Below are positions 9,478 to 19,215 of a DNA stretch of 64,000 nucleotides, piece by piece. The stretch is from Candidatus Limnocylindrales bacterium (GTDB lineage Bacteria; Chloroflexota; Limnocylindria; Limnocylindrales; CSP1-4). The stretch is from contig JBEKKR010000004.1 in NCBI GenBank assembly GCA_050010635.1, positions 1,074 to 65,073 of the forward strand, written 5' to 3'. Position 1 is the first letter of the stretch, and every line of letters begins with the position of its first letter. Below the pieces are notes generated by a model. That model ran no database searches. It was not told where the DNA came from and was given only the letters and a program-made list of their open reading frames with translations. The position numbers were made by a program, and so were the translations under genes.

Positions 9478-9595
9478 CACGCCGTAGTAGAAGCCGGCGG
9501 GACAGCCGGGAGAGCGCAGGCGCACTGGGCGAGCGAAGCTCGGTTGTGCGCCAAGCGACCCCGGTGCCCCGCCGGCTGATCCACTCTACGGCGTG
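9478..9595. repeat. Long nested inverted repeat (rod-like hairpin) between convergent genes
   Basis: Paired arms cacgccgtag/ctacggcgtg, agccggcggg/cccgccggct, ggcgcac/gtgcgcc and apical cgagc-gaa-gctcg. Confidence 0.75.
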
Positions 9596-9599
9596 GGTC

Positions 9600-10904
9600 T
9601 CAGCGCGAGACCCGGGCCGCCCGAAGGACCTGGGCCAGGCTGACTCGCTGGCCGTAGAGCAGGACGCCGGCGCTGTAGATCCGGGCCGCGACGAAGAGCG
9701 CGACGACGATGGCGGCCAACAGCAGCAGGACGGCCAGCCCGAACTCCCAGGGTTCGACGTGGCCGGCCGAGACCCGGGCAAGCATCAGGTAGGGACTGAA
9801 GAACGGCACGAACGAGGCCACCTTGACCCAGGTCTCGTCGATCGCCTGCAGCCCGAAGACCGACATGAAGTAGCCGAGCATGATCAGGACCATCAACGGC
9901 GACGTAGCGCTCTGGACGTCCTCCTGCCGGCTGACCAGGGAGCCCAGCGCGGCGTAGAGGAGCGAGTAGAGCGTGAAGCCGAGCACGAACAGGACCACGA
10001 AGGCGGCCAGGACGGCCGGGCTGAGCCCGCCGAACTGGGTGCCGGCGTCCGAGCCGAGGACGGCCTTGTGGATAGGGCCCTGGGCCACGAGCCCGACGAT
10101 AACGGCCACGAGGATGAGCCCGTACTGGGTCATCCCAGCCCCTCCGTTCCCGAGCATCTTGCCGGTCAGCATCTGCAGGGGCGTCGTGGCGTTGAGCATC
10201 AGCTCCATGACCCGGCTGCCCTTTTCCTCGGCCACGCTCATGGCCACCCAGACGCCATACGTGACGATGGCCATGAAGATCAGGACGATGAGACCGGTCG
10301 ACAGGAGGCCGGTTGAGATCTCGCTGCTCAGGTTGTTCGTCTGTTCGGAGGTCCCCGTGACCGACGCGACCGTCAGCGAGAAGGGCGCTCGAAGCGCGGC
10401 GGTAGAGGTCCCGGATCGACTGAGCCGATCTTCGATCTCGAGCGAGACGAGGGCGTTGGTGATCGTCTGGACCGGGCGTCCGTCACGCGGGCTGTCTGTT
10501 CGGAGCGTGAATCTGAGGTCGCTGGCGGCGTCGCGGTCGACGATCAGAAGGACGTCGTACTTCCCGCGCTCCAGGTCCGTCTGAGCCGCCGTGGCATCGC
10601 CGCCGGGGAGCCAGCTGATGGCAAAGTCCTTGTGGGCATTCGGATCGGTCGATTGGCCATTCAGCGTGGCGTCGAAGAGGGCGAGCGAGTCCGATGGCAT
10701 GTCTGATGCCTGAACGACCACTGCGACCCGCGTCTCGCTCGTGCTCACCGAGATGTCGATCAGGACGGGTATCTGGGTCGCTGCAAAGGAGATGGCTGCC
10801 AGCAGAATCGTGCCGATGACGAAGCTGCGGCTGCGGCACCGGCTGCGGTATTCACGAACGGCCACGTACCAGGCATTCGGGAAGAGCGTCCGCCAGCCTT
10901 TCAT
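9600..10904 (-). CDS. ABC-2 type permease (NatB/YhaP-like)
   Basis: N-terminal TM, extracellular domain, VAEEKGSRVMEL motif, C-terminal TMs. Confidence 0.9.
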   Translation of the reverse strand: MKGWRTLFPNAWYVAVREYRSRCRSRSFVIGTILLAAISFAATQIPVLIDISVSTSETRVAVVVQASDMPSDSLALFDATLNGQSTDPNAHKDFAISWLPGGDATAAQTDLERGKYDVLLIVDRDAASDLRFTLRTDSPRDGRPVQTITNALVSLEIEDRLSRSGTSTAALRAPFSLTVASVTGTSEQTNNLSSEISTGLLSTGLIVLIFMAIVTYGVWVAMSVAEEKGSRVMELMLNATTPLQMLTGKMLGNGGAGMTQYGLILVAVIVGLVAQGPIHKAVLGSDAGTQFGGLSPAVLAAFVVLFVLGFTLYSLLYAALGSLVSRQEDVQSATSPLMVLIMLGYFMSVFGLQAIDETWVKVASFVPFFSPYLMLARVSAGHVEPWEFGLAVLLLLAAIVVALFVAARIYSAGVLLYGQRVSLAQVLRAARVSR

Positions 10905-11845
10905 GCGTGGGCCGCCTTCGGAGCGAGCGTCCGTTCGCTCATGTCGATCTGGCCGACACGCTCGATGAAGATCTGCTCGAGCGACGGATCGGCCATCTCG
11001 AAGTGGCGGATCTCGCAGCCCCGACTGAGCGCCGCCCGAAGCACCGAGCCGGGGTCGTGGCCGGGCGCGACCTCCGCCTCGACGTAGTCCTGGCCCCTTC
11101 GCGTTACGTGCACGCCGTCCAGCGTCCCCAGCCAGGCGATCTCGGGATCGCCCTGGACCGCGACTCGAACCATCTGGCGGCCGGTAGAGCGGCGCACGTC
11201 ACGGACGGACCCGCCGACCACCACCCGCCCTCTATCGAGGATCGCGATCGACTCGCACAGCTCCTCGACCGTCTCCATCTGGTGGGTGGAGAAGACCAGC
11301 GTCTTGCCCCGGTCCTTCATCTCCTGGAAGGCCTCCTTGAGGAGGGCCGCATTCACCGGGTCCAGGCCGGTGAAGGGCTCGTCCATGAGCAGGACCAGCG
11401 GATCGTGCAGGATCGCCGCGATGAACTGGATCTTCTGCTGATTGCCCTTGGATAGCTGCTCGGCGCGGCGGTCGGCGTACTCGGGGATCCGGAAGCGCTC
11501 GAGCCATTCGCGGGTTTCCCGCTCGGCCGCCCTCGGCTTCACGCCGTGGAGCTTGGCGAAGAAGACCAGCTGCTCGAGGACGGTCATCTTGGCGTACAGC
11601 CCGCGCTCCTCGGGCAGATAGCCCCACGTCTCGCGCGGCAATTCGGTGTTGAGGGTTCCGTTCCAGGTGATCGTGCCCGAGTCCGGCCGGAGGATGTCCA
11701 GCACGATCCGCATGGCCGTCGTCTTGCCGGCGCCGTTGGCGCCCAGAAAGCCGAAGACTTCGCCCGGCTCGATCTGGAGCGATATGGCATCCAGGGCCTG
11801 GACGTCGCCGAAACGCTTGGACACGGAGTCGATCAGCAGCGACAT
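10901..11845 (-). CDS. ABC transporter ATP-binding protein (NatA/YhaQ-like)
   Basis: GANGAGKT, GYLPEERGLY, LSKGNQQK and DEPF motifs; ATGA overlap with the permease. Confidence 0.95.
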   Translation of the reverse strand: MSLLIDSVSKRFGDVQALDAISLQIEPGEVFGFLGANGAGKTTAMRIVLDILRPDSGTITWNGTLNTELPRETWGYLPEERGLYAKMTVLEQLVFFAKLHGVKPRAAERETREWLERFRIPEYADRRAEQLSKGNQQKIQFIAAILHDPLVLLMDEPFTGLDPVNAALLKEAFQEMKDRGKTLVFSTHQMETVEELCESIAILDRGRVVVGGSVRDVRRSTGRQMVRVAVQGDPEIAWLGTLDGVHVTRRGQDYVEAEVAPGHDPGSVLRAALSRGCEIRHFEMADPSLEQIFIERVGQIDMSERTLAPKAAHA

Positions 11846-11913
11846 GCAACCTCCTGGAGACTAGACCCGAGTTCGCGCGGAAGGGTTCGGGCGCGGGAGC
11901 GTCGATTCATTCG

Positions 11914-12312
11914 TCACAGCCGCCATCGATACCAAACGACGCCGCCGATGTAGGCGATGCCGATTGCACCAGCCACTATGGCGAACCCGGACCAATCGCG
12001 CCCGGTTGCCTCCGCCAGGACTAAGCCGCCGAGGGACACCATGGCCGCGACCAGGCCGGCCGTCGCGAGAGCATGGAGATTGATTGCCGCCCACCGCTCG
12101 TCGACGGGGCTGCCGGCCAGGACACCGGCCGTCTCACTCCGCGACTGGAGAAGGGCCAGGACCAGCGTGTAACCGCCGACGATGGCGACGTCGATCAAGG
12201 CTCGGCCCGGCGAGCCATTCGCGGCCAGGTCGGCCAGGCCGAGCACTCCTCCGACAGCCAGCCCGACCAGGACCAGCCACCACCCGCTGCCGAAGACGCC
12301 CTTGCTCGCCAT
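11914..12312 (-). CDS. Small membrane protein (DUF2178-like)
   Basis: Four hydrophobic segments with central DER motif; follows an XRE gene. Confidence 0.7.
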   Translation of the reverse strand: MASKGVFGSGWWLVLVGLAVGGVLGLADLAANGSPGRALIDVAIVGGYTLVLALLQSRSETAGVLAGSPVDERWAAINLHALATAGLVAAMVSLGGLVLAEATGRDWSGFAIVAGAIGIAYIGGVVWYRWRL

Positions 12313-12313
12313 T

Positions 12314-12526
12314 TCATCTCGCTCCCAGTTCGTGCCCGTCATCGCGAAAGACCTCTTCGATCGCCCGGCCGAAGTACCGCCCAATCGCCATCGCCAGCGG
12401 CAGCGACGGAAGGTATCTGCCGGTCTCTATGGCATTTATCGTCTGGCGTGAGACGCCCAGGTGCCTGGCCAGATCGCCCTGGCTCAGGGATCGATCCTCG
12501 CGCAGCTTCCGGACGTCGTTCTGCAT
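12314..12526 (-). CDS. XRE-family HTH transcriptional regulator
   Basis: SQGDLARHLGVSRQTINAIETGRYLPSL; start ATG 12526. Confidence 0.92.
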   Translation of the reverse strand: MQNDVRKLREDRSLSQGDLARHLGVSRQTINAIETGRYLPSLPLAMAIGRYFGRAIEEVFRDDGHELGAR

Positions 12527-12529
12527 GGC

Positions 12530-12574
12530 TGTAAAGTTAACTTGACAATCAGGACGTGTCAAGCTCCCTTTACA
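12530..12574 (-). promoter_or_regulatory. Sigma70-type promoter overlapped by two palindromic operators (likely XRE autoregulation)
   Basis: TGTAAAG-n4-CTTGACA (12530-47) and TGTCAAG-n4-CTTTACA (12557-74); the minus strand reads TTGACA-17-TAACTT, 7 nt before ATG. Confidence 0.8.
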
Positions 12575-12628
12575 GGCGCGTGAACCAAGGCACCCGGCGA
12601 TGCGCCCGGCGGATTGCCGGCGGCCGAA

Positions 12629-15214
12629 TCAGGCGACCCAGGGGCGGTGGCGGATTGCCCGATACGCCTCCGCGACGAGCGCAGGCGCCAGGGCCACGAT
12701 CGCCACCAACAGCCAGTCGAAGGCATCGAGCGCCGTGGCCTGGAAGGCGTCCTTGAGCGGTGGGACGAACGGGATCCCTGCCTGCACCACGATGCAGGCA
12801 ATGCCGCCCAGGAGCAGCAGCGGATTGGGACGGCGGAGCACGACCGGGTAAGACAGGCTCCGGTTGGCGTTCGCGCGCACGACCTGTCCGACGACCAGCG
12901 CGCTGTAGGCCAGCCAGCGAGCGTGGGTGAAGTCCGGGCTGTGCTGCTCGATCAGGTAGAACGCGGCCAAGGCGCTGAATCCGCCGGCCAGGCAGATCCG
13001 GCTCAGGATCATCCAGTCGAGTAGAGGCCTCGTCCTCGGCCGGGGCGGGCGTTGCATGGACCCCGGCTCTTCCGCCTCACCCTCGAACGAGACGGCGGTG
13101 AGCATGTCGATGAAGACCTCGAGCCACAGGATCTGGATCGGCAGGAGCGGCTGGCCGAAGCCGGCGATGGTGGCGATCAGGATGAACCCGAGCATGGCCA
13201 TGTGGGTCGAGACGAGGAAGACGAGGCCCTTCTGGACGTTGGCCACCAGGCGGCGGCCTTCGCGCAGGCCATACATCAGCGTCACGAAGGAGTCGTCGCC
13301 GAGGACGAGGTCCGAGGCTTCTCGGGCGACGGCCGTGCCGCTGCCCATCGCCACCGCTACGTCCGCGTGGTGGAGAGCCGGAGCGTCGTTCACGCCGTCG
13401 CCGGTCACGGCAACGGTCCGGTTCGAGCCGCGGGCCACGTCGACGATGCGGAGCTTCTGCTCAGGGATCGCCCGCGCCACGACGTGCAGGGTGGGCAGCT
13501 CCGCGGCCAGGCGGGCATCGTCCCAGGTAGCCAGCTCCGGGCCGGTGACGATCCGGGCATTCGGCAGCCCGGCGTCGGCGGCGATGGCCGCGGCCGTGGC
13601 CGGGTGGTCACCGGTCACCACCAGGGTGTGGATGCCGGCCGCTGCCGCCTGGGCCATCGCTTCGCGGATTCCGGGCCTGATTCGATCGGCGAACGCCAGA
13701 ACCCCGAGCGGAAGCCAGCCCTCCCCATCGGAGCAGCGGGCCAGCAACAGGAGGCGTTCACCCGCCTCGGCCCCGGTCTCGATGAGGTCGCGCCAGTCCG
13801 CCCGCTCTTTCGCCGTGAGGCCGGAGCACATCTCAAGGACCGCTTCCGGCGCGCCCAGGGCCAGTTCCTCCTCCGCCACGTTACCGTCGAGGTCGCGCCT
13901 CCGGGCCCTCGTACGCGAGTAGGGGCGCTCGTCGCTGACCGGGTCGGCATCGATCAGATCGCCGGGGTCGAGATCGAGGACGACGGCTTGCTCCGACAGG
14001 AAGCCGAAGAGCGATCGGCTGAACGAGCCGGGCTTGCTGCCGGTGACGGCGCTCCACGCGTCCTCTTCGGCTCGCACGGCAAGAGCGGCCAGTTCGACGA
14101 CCCTGGCACGATCCTCGATACCGCCCTCGGGCGTACGGATCGCGGTCAGGGCCAGCTTGTTCTCGGTCAGGGTGCCGGTCTTGTCGGTGACGATCAGATC
14201 GACCGAGCCGAGGGTCTCCTGGGCGGAGAGACGCCTCACCAGCACGTTCATCCGCAGCAGCCGGTATGCACCGAGGCCGAGCACGACGGCCACGAGCGCC
14301 GGCGGTTCTTCGGGGATCGCCGCGATCGCCGCCGAGACGCCCGCGAGCAGGTTCTTGCCGGCCTCCTGGCCCCGCAGGAAGCCCAGGCCCACGACGATCG
14401 CTATCAAGCCGATCGCAACGACGAGGAGGATGCGGACCAGCCGGTCCAGCTCCCGCTGCAACGGCGAGCGGCGCCGCTCGCGCCCGGCCAGGGCCTGCGA
14501 GATTCGCCCGAATTCCGTGCGCAGGCCCGTGGCGACCGCAACTCCCTCGCCCCGCCCGCCGACCACAGCCGTGCCGGCATAGGCGATGGAATGCCGGTCG
14601 GCAAGGGCGGTGCCCTCGGGGTCGGGTCCCACGGCCGCCGGCTCCGGCAGCGACTCCCCCGTCAGCACGCTTCGATCGAAGCTCAGGGCCTCGGCCCTGA
14701 TGAGCCGGAGATCGGCCGGAACAACGTCGCCCGTCCGCAGGAGGACGAGGTCGCCGGGAACGAGCTCGCGCGTCGGCACGTCCAGGACGTCTCCGCCCCG
14801 CCGGACGCGCGCCATCGGGGCCGCCGCGTCGCGCAGCGCCTCCAGGGCCTTCTCGCCGCGGTACTCGGTCACGACGCCCGCCCCGACGATCGGCGCCAGG
14901 ATAACGATCACCAGGAGACCGTCGCGCACCTCGCCCAAGGCAACGGCAAGACAACCGGCGATGAAGAGCAGGACGACGAAGGGTTCGCGTGCTCCGTCCC
15001 AGAGGAGGCCCCATATCGACGTCTTTCGGTCCGGCTCGAGCTCATTTGAGCCGAACAAAGCGAGCCGGGCGGCGGTCTCACCTGGTGTGAGGCCGACCGA
15101 CCCGTTGGCACCGAGCCGCTCCAATACGGAGCCGGCCGCCATGTGCGCGGCAGCTTCGGGCAGATCGGCGATGGAATCGGAGAGAGACGCAGTGCCCTCT
15201 CGGGGAGCGGTCAT
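12629..15214 (-). CDS. Cation-transporting P-type ATPase (P2A-like)
   Basis: TGES, DKTGT, TGD and GDGVND motifs; TM4 variant IPEEP. Confidence 0.93.
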   Translation of the reverse strand: MTAPREGTASLSDSIADLPEAAAHMAAGSVLERLGANGSVGLTPGETAARLALFGSNELEPDRKTSIWGLLWDGAREPFVVLLFIAGCLAVALGEVRDGLLVIVILAPIVGAGVVTEYRGEKALEALRDAAAPMARVRRGGDVLDVPTRELVPGDLVLLRTGDVVPADLRLIRAEALSFDRSVLTGESLPEPAAVGPDPEGTALADRHSIAYAGTAVVGGRGEGVAVATGLRTEFGRISQALAGRERRRSPLQRELDRLVRILLVVAIGLIAIVVGLGFLRGQEAGKNLLAGVSAAIAAIPEEPPALVAVVLGLGAYRLLRMNVLVRRLSAQETLGSVDLIVTDKTGTLTENKLALTAIRTPEGGIEDRARVVELAALAVRAEEDAWSAVTGSKPGSFSRSLFGFLSEQAVVLDLDPGDLIDADPVSDERPYSRTRARRRDLDGNVAEEELALGAPEAVLEMCSGLTAKERADWRDLIETGAEAGERLLLLARCSDGEGWLPLGVLAFADRIRPGIREAMAQAAAAGIHTLVVTGDHPATAAAIAADAGLPNARIVTGPELATWDDARLAAELPTLHVVARAIPEQKLRIVDVARGSNRTVAVTGDGVNDAPALHHADVAVAMGSGTAVAREASDLVLGDDSFVTLMYGLREGRRLVANVQKGLVFLVSTHMAMLGFILIATIAGFGQPLLPIQILWLEVFIDMLTAVSFEGEAEEPGSMQRPPRPRTRPLLDWMILSRICLAGGFSALAAFYLIEQHSPDFTHARWLAYSALVVGQVVRANANRSLSYPVVLRRPNPLLLLGGIACIVVQAGIPFVPPLKDAFQATALDAFDWLLVAIVALAPALVAEAYRAIRHRPWVA

Positions 15215-15297
15215 CGAAAGCCACCCATTCGAGCCGGGTCCGCTGCTCGCAGGTCACTCTACGGACGTCCGCCCCGACGCCGATCTTAGAATGAGGC

Positions 15298-15642
15298 ATG
15301 GCCACGAACCCCGCAAACCAGCCGACCGCGATCAACGCCGACAGAGATGCCGGCGTCGTCATCATCGATTGGGCCGACGGCCACCGCAGCGTCTTCGACA
15401 CGCTCTCGCTGCGGCTGCTCTGTCCGTGCGCGTACTGCCAGGGCGAGGCCGGCCGGCCGGGCTGGCTCGACACGAACCCCACCCTGACCTCGGACCAGAC
15501 GCAGCTCGTCGGCATGCGCCTGGTCGGCCAGTACGCCGTGGCGCCGACCTGGGCCGACGGCCACGACACGGGCTACTACACGTTCGAGGTGCTGCGTGCG
15601 AACTGCCCGTGCGATACGTGCTCGGCGGATCGACCGGCGTAG
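15298..15642 (+). CDS. DUF971 / GBBH-N-like domain protein
   Basis: WADGH...LRLLCPCAYC...VGQYAV..W.DGHDTGYY pattern. Confidence 0.88.
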   Translation: MATNPANQPTAINADRDAGVVIIDWADGHRSVFDTLSLRLLCPCAYCQGEAGRPGWLDTNPTLTSDQTQLVGMRLVGQYAVAPTWADGHDTGYYTFEVLRANCPCDTCSADRPA

Positions 15643-15818
15643 CCGGGCCCCAGCGCCACGGGTTCAATCTTCCGGACGAGGCCGCTTTGCTCACAACGAC
15701 CGATCCGAACGGGAACAGGAGGGTCGACAATCCGACTTGAGCCTCGCGCTCGGCCGCCCGCGGCTGCATGACCGGCGCCGCGAACCAGCCATCGCCAACC
15801 AAACTCGGAGGATCCGCA

Positions 15819-16166
15819 ATGATCATCGCCACCACTCCCTACCTGCCGGGCTATCGCGTGACCGAGGCCAAGGGCCAGGTATTCGGCCTCGTCGTCCGGA
15901 GCCGCGGTTTCGCCGGCAACTTCGCCGCCGGCCTGCGCTCTCTCGTGGGCGGCGAGATCCACGAGTACACCGAGCTGCTCGAGGACACCCGTCGCCAGGC
16001 GATCGACCGCATGGTCCAGAACGCGACGCTCATGGGCGCCAACGCGGTCCTCTCAATGCGCTTCGACTCATCCGAGATCGGCAACACGATGTCCGAGATC
16101 GTGGCCTACGGGACGGCCGTCGTGGTAGTGCCCGACGCGGCCGCCGGGCGCCCCGTCGGCGAGTAG
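15819..16166 (+). CDS. YbjQ/UPF0145 family protein
   Basis: GLRSLVGGEIHEYTELL, GANAV and EIVAYGTAV motifs; GGAGG SD. Confidence 0.92.
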   Translation: MIIATTPYLPGYRVTEAKGQVFGLVVRSRGFAGNFAAGLRSLVGGEIHEYTELLEDTRRQAIDRMVQNATLMGANAVLSMRFDSSEIGNTMSEIVAYGTAVVVVPDAAAGRPVGE

Positions 16167-16208
16167 AGGCGGGCAATCCGCTGCAGCTTCGCCGCCGGAG
16201 AGTAGGCC

Positions 16209-16496
16209 ATGCCTGACGTCTACTCCTGGATCGCCGTGGCCGTCGCCATCCTGGCGTTCGTCCTCGGCATCCAGGTCTTTGGCGTGGTCGGCGGATTCGT
16301 CCTGATCGTGGCCGCCCTGTCCATCCTGACCGTCGCCGCCACCTTCGTAGGAGCTCGGGCGCGCCGCAGGCTCGCCCGGCGGGACCCGAGATTCCAGCGG
16401 ACCGACGAGGCCTTCCACGATCCCAGCACCGGCCGCGTGACCAGGGTCCACGTCGACCCGGCTTCCGGCGAGCGTCGCTACTGGCGAGATCCCTGA
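16209..16496 (+). CDS. Hypothetical two-TM membrane protein, paralogue A
   Basis: Two hydrophobic helices, then PRFQRTDEAFHDPSTGRVTRVHVDPASGERRY. Confidence 0.75.
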   Translation: MPDVYSWIAVAVAILAFVLGIQVFGVVGGFVLIVAALSILTVAATFVGARARRRLARRDPRFQRTDEAFHDPSTGRVTRVHVDPASGERRYWRDP

Positions 16497-16501
16497 GGAC
16501 G

Positions 16502-16849
16502 ATGCTGAACCCAACGATCCAAGTCCTGGCATTCGTCGTGGGCAGCCTGTCCTTTCTGGGCGGCCTCGCGGAGCTGAGCGTGTCCGGTGGCGACACCGGG
16601 TCCGGCGTCGTCGGAATCCTGTTCGGCACGGGGATCATGGTCGCGGCCGTCATCCAGAGGAATCGGTACCGCTCGGAGGCGGCGGAACGCGGCCACGACA
16701 CGCCCGGCCCGGGCGGCGGCGAGAGCGGCTACCTGGAGCCACGCTTCCTGCCCACCACGGAGGTCTTCACGGACCCGACCAGCCGCCGGGTGATGCGCGT
16801 GTTTGTCGATCCGCGCTCCGGCGAGCGCCGCTATCGGGCCGAAAGCTAG
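16502..16849 (+). CDS. Hypothetical two-TM membrane protein, paralogue B
   Basis: Two hydrophobic helices, then PRFLPTTEVFTDPTSRRVMRVFVDPRSGERRY. Confidence 0.75.
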   Translation: MLNPTIQVLAFVVGSLSFLGGLAELSVSGGDTGSGVVGILFGTGIMVAAVIQRNRYRSEAAERGHDTPGPGGGESGYLEPRFLPTTEVFTDPTSRRVMRVFVDPRSGERRYRAES

Positions 16850-17031
16850 CGTCCCGAGCCGCCGATCGACGCCCGAGACCGGACGACCCGGGCGGGCAAT
16901 CGGCGCCCTCTGGTCCGCATCGCCCTGCGAGCCCGGAGACGCTCCTATTGCGTACTGGCGCCGACTGTCGAGAATAGGCCGATGCACTCGACGGCCGTCG
17001 AGGTGAAAGTGCAGAGGCGCAGGCAGAGAAC

Positions 17032-19194
17032 GTGACCGCGATCATACGGAGAGCCGCTACAGGGCCTGCGCATGCCCGGGGCGAGCCCGGCTCCGTGTTC
17101 CCGTACATCAACCGCGAGCTCAGCTCCCTCGAATTCAACTACCGCGTTCTCTTCGAGGGTCGCGACGATCGGAACCCCCTGCTCGAACGCGTCAAGTTCC
17201 TGGCCATCTTCGCCAGCAACATGGACGAGTTCTTCCAGATCCGTGTCTCCGGCCTCATGGAGCAGGCCGAGGCACACGCAGTGGCGGCCCCAGGCGAGAA
17301 ACCGGCGGCCGAGCAGCTGGCGGCCATCCGGCGCCGTTTCCGCGAGTTGCTGGACGAGCAATGCGAGGTCTTCGACCAGGTTTGCGCCGCACTCGGCAAG
17401 GCCGGCATCGACATCGTCGACTACGCCGACGTGCCCGATCACCACGAGGCGCTTCGGCAGCGCTTCATCGACGAGATCTACCCGGTCCTGACGCCGCTGG
17501 CCGTGGACCCCGGTCATCCCTTCCCGTACATCAGCACGCTGAGCCTCTCGCTGGCGATACGGATGGAGGATCCCGACGAGAAGGAAGAGCGGTTCGCTCG
17601 GGTCAAGGTGCCGGAGGTTCTGCCCCGCTTCCTCCAGATCGGGCCGAGCAAGTTCGTCCTCATCGAGCAGGTGATCGCCGCCAACCTGGACATGCTCTTC
17701 TCCGGCATGACCATCCTGGAGACTCATCTCTTCCGCGTCACTCGCGACGCCGACCTGGAGCTGCAGGAGGACGAGGCCGACGACCTCATGCTCGCCCTGG
17801 AGGCGGAGCTGCGGCGGCGCCGCTTCGGTGAGGCGGTCCGCCTCGAGGTCGCCAAGGCGATGCCGGCCCCGATGCGCCGGATCCTGGAGAAGGGCGTCGG
17901 CGTCGATCCGGCGGATTGCTACGAGATCCCGGGCATGCTCGACCACACCGGGCTGTGGCAGATCGCCGCGCTGGACCGGCCGGATCTCAAGCTGCCCGTG
18001 TACTCCCCCGTCGTGCCGCCTCGCCTTCTTCCGCCGGACGAGGACGAGCCGGCGGATGTCTTCGCGGCAATTCGAGCCGGCGATATCCTCGTCCACCACC
18101 CCTACGAGAGCTTCGCCGCGTCCACCCAGCGCTTCATCGCCCAGGCGGCCTCGGATCCCGAGGTGCTCTCGATCAAGATGACCTTGTACCGCACCAGCGG
18201 CGACTCGCCGATCGTGCGCGACCTGATCGCGGCCGCCGAGCGCGGCAAGCAGGTCGTCGTCCTGGTCGAGATCAAGGCCCGCTTCGACGAGGAGGCGAAC
18301 ATCGTCTGGGCCCGCAAGCTCGAGCAGGCCGGCGCCCACGTCGTCTACGGCCTGGTCGGGCTCAAGACCCACAGCAAGACATCGCTCGTCGTTCGCCGCG
18401 AGGGTACGAACCTGCGGCGCTACGTCCACATCGGGACCGGCAACTACAACTCCGGCACCGCCCGCCTCTACACGGACTTCGGCCTGCTGTCCAGCCGGCC
18501 GGAGCTGGGCGCGGACGTGAGCGACCTGTTCAACGTCCTGACCGGCCTCTCGCGCCAGCGCGACTTCCGCCGGCTGATCGTGGCCCCGATGAACCTGCGC
18601 AACTGGATCCTGGACATGATCCAGCGCGAGACGGACCACGCCCGGGCGGGGCGCTCGGCGCACATCATCCTGAAGCTGAACTCGCTGGTGGACCCGGCCT
18701 GTGTCGCCGCCCTCTACGCCGCGTGGCAGGCCGGCGTCCAGGTGGACCTCATCATTCGCGGCATCTGCTCGCTCTGGCCGGGCGTACCGGAGGTCAGCGA
18801 AGGCATCAGGGTCCGCTCGATAGTTGGCCAGTACCTCGAGCACTCGCGCGTCTTCTCGTTCTCCAACGGCGGGGAGACCGAGTTGTACATCGGGTCGGCG
18901 GACCTCATGGAACGGAACCTGGACCGGCGGGTCGAGGCGCTCGTGCCGATCGAGGATCCGGAGGCGCGCGCCCGGATCGAGGCCATCCTGGGAGTCATGC
19001 TCGCCGACGACCGCAGGTCGTGGCAGCTCGGAGCCGACGGAACTTACCGCCGGACCGAAGATATCCGCGGCGCGGCGGGTACTATCGACACGTTCGAGAC
19101 GCTCATGGAGCAGGCCGTCCAGACGGCGGCCTCCGCGGTCGTCACCCCTCATCGACCGCACGCCGGCGTGGGCTCGCTGGACCCGAGGGCATAG
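17032..19194 (+). CDS. ppk1: Polyphosphate kinase 1
   Basis: NRELSSLEFN, HPFPYIS, HHPYESF, IKARFDEE, KTHSK, GTGNYN and SADLMERNLDRRVE motifs. Confidence 0.97.
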   Translation: MTAIIRRAATGPAHARGEPGSVFPYINRELSSLEFNYRVLFEGRDDRNPLLERVKFLAIFASNMDEFFQIRVSGLMEQAEAHAVAAPGEKPAAEQLAAIRRRFRELLDEQCEVFDQVCAALGKAGIDIVDYADVPDHHEALRQRFIDEIYPVLTPLAVDPGHPFPYISTLSLSLAIRMEDPDEKEERFARVKVPEVLPRFLQIGPSKFVLIEQVIAANLDMLFSGMTILETHLFRVTRDADLELQEDEADDLMLALEAELRRRRFGEAVRLEVAKAMPAPMRRILEKGVGVDPADCYEIPGMLDHTGLWQIAALDRPDLKLPVYSPVVPPRLLPPDEDEPADVFAAIRAGDILVHHPYESFAASTQRFIAQAASDPEVLSIKMTLYRTSGDSPIVRDLIAAAERGKQVVVLVEIKARFDEEANIVWARKLEQAGAHVVYGLVGLKTHSKTSLVVRREGTNLRRYVHIGTGNYNSGTARLYTDFGLLSSRPELGADVSDLFNVLTGLSRQRDFRRLIVAPMNLRNWILDMIQRETDHARAGRSAHIILKLNSLVDPACVAALYAAWQAGVQVDLIIRGICSLWPGVPEVSEGIRVRSIVGQYLEHSRVFSFSNGGETELYIGSADLMERNLDRRVEALVPIEDPEARARIEAILGVMLADDRRSWQLGADGTYRRTEDIRGAAGTIDTFETLMEQAVQTAASAVVTPHRPHAGVGSLDPRA

Positions 19195-19215
19195 CGCATC
19201 ACCCAGGGGAGACCG

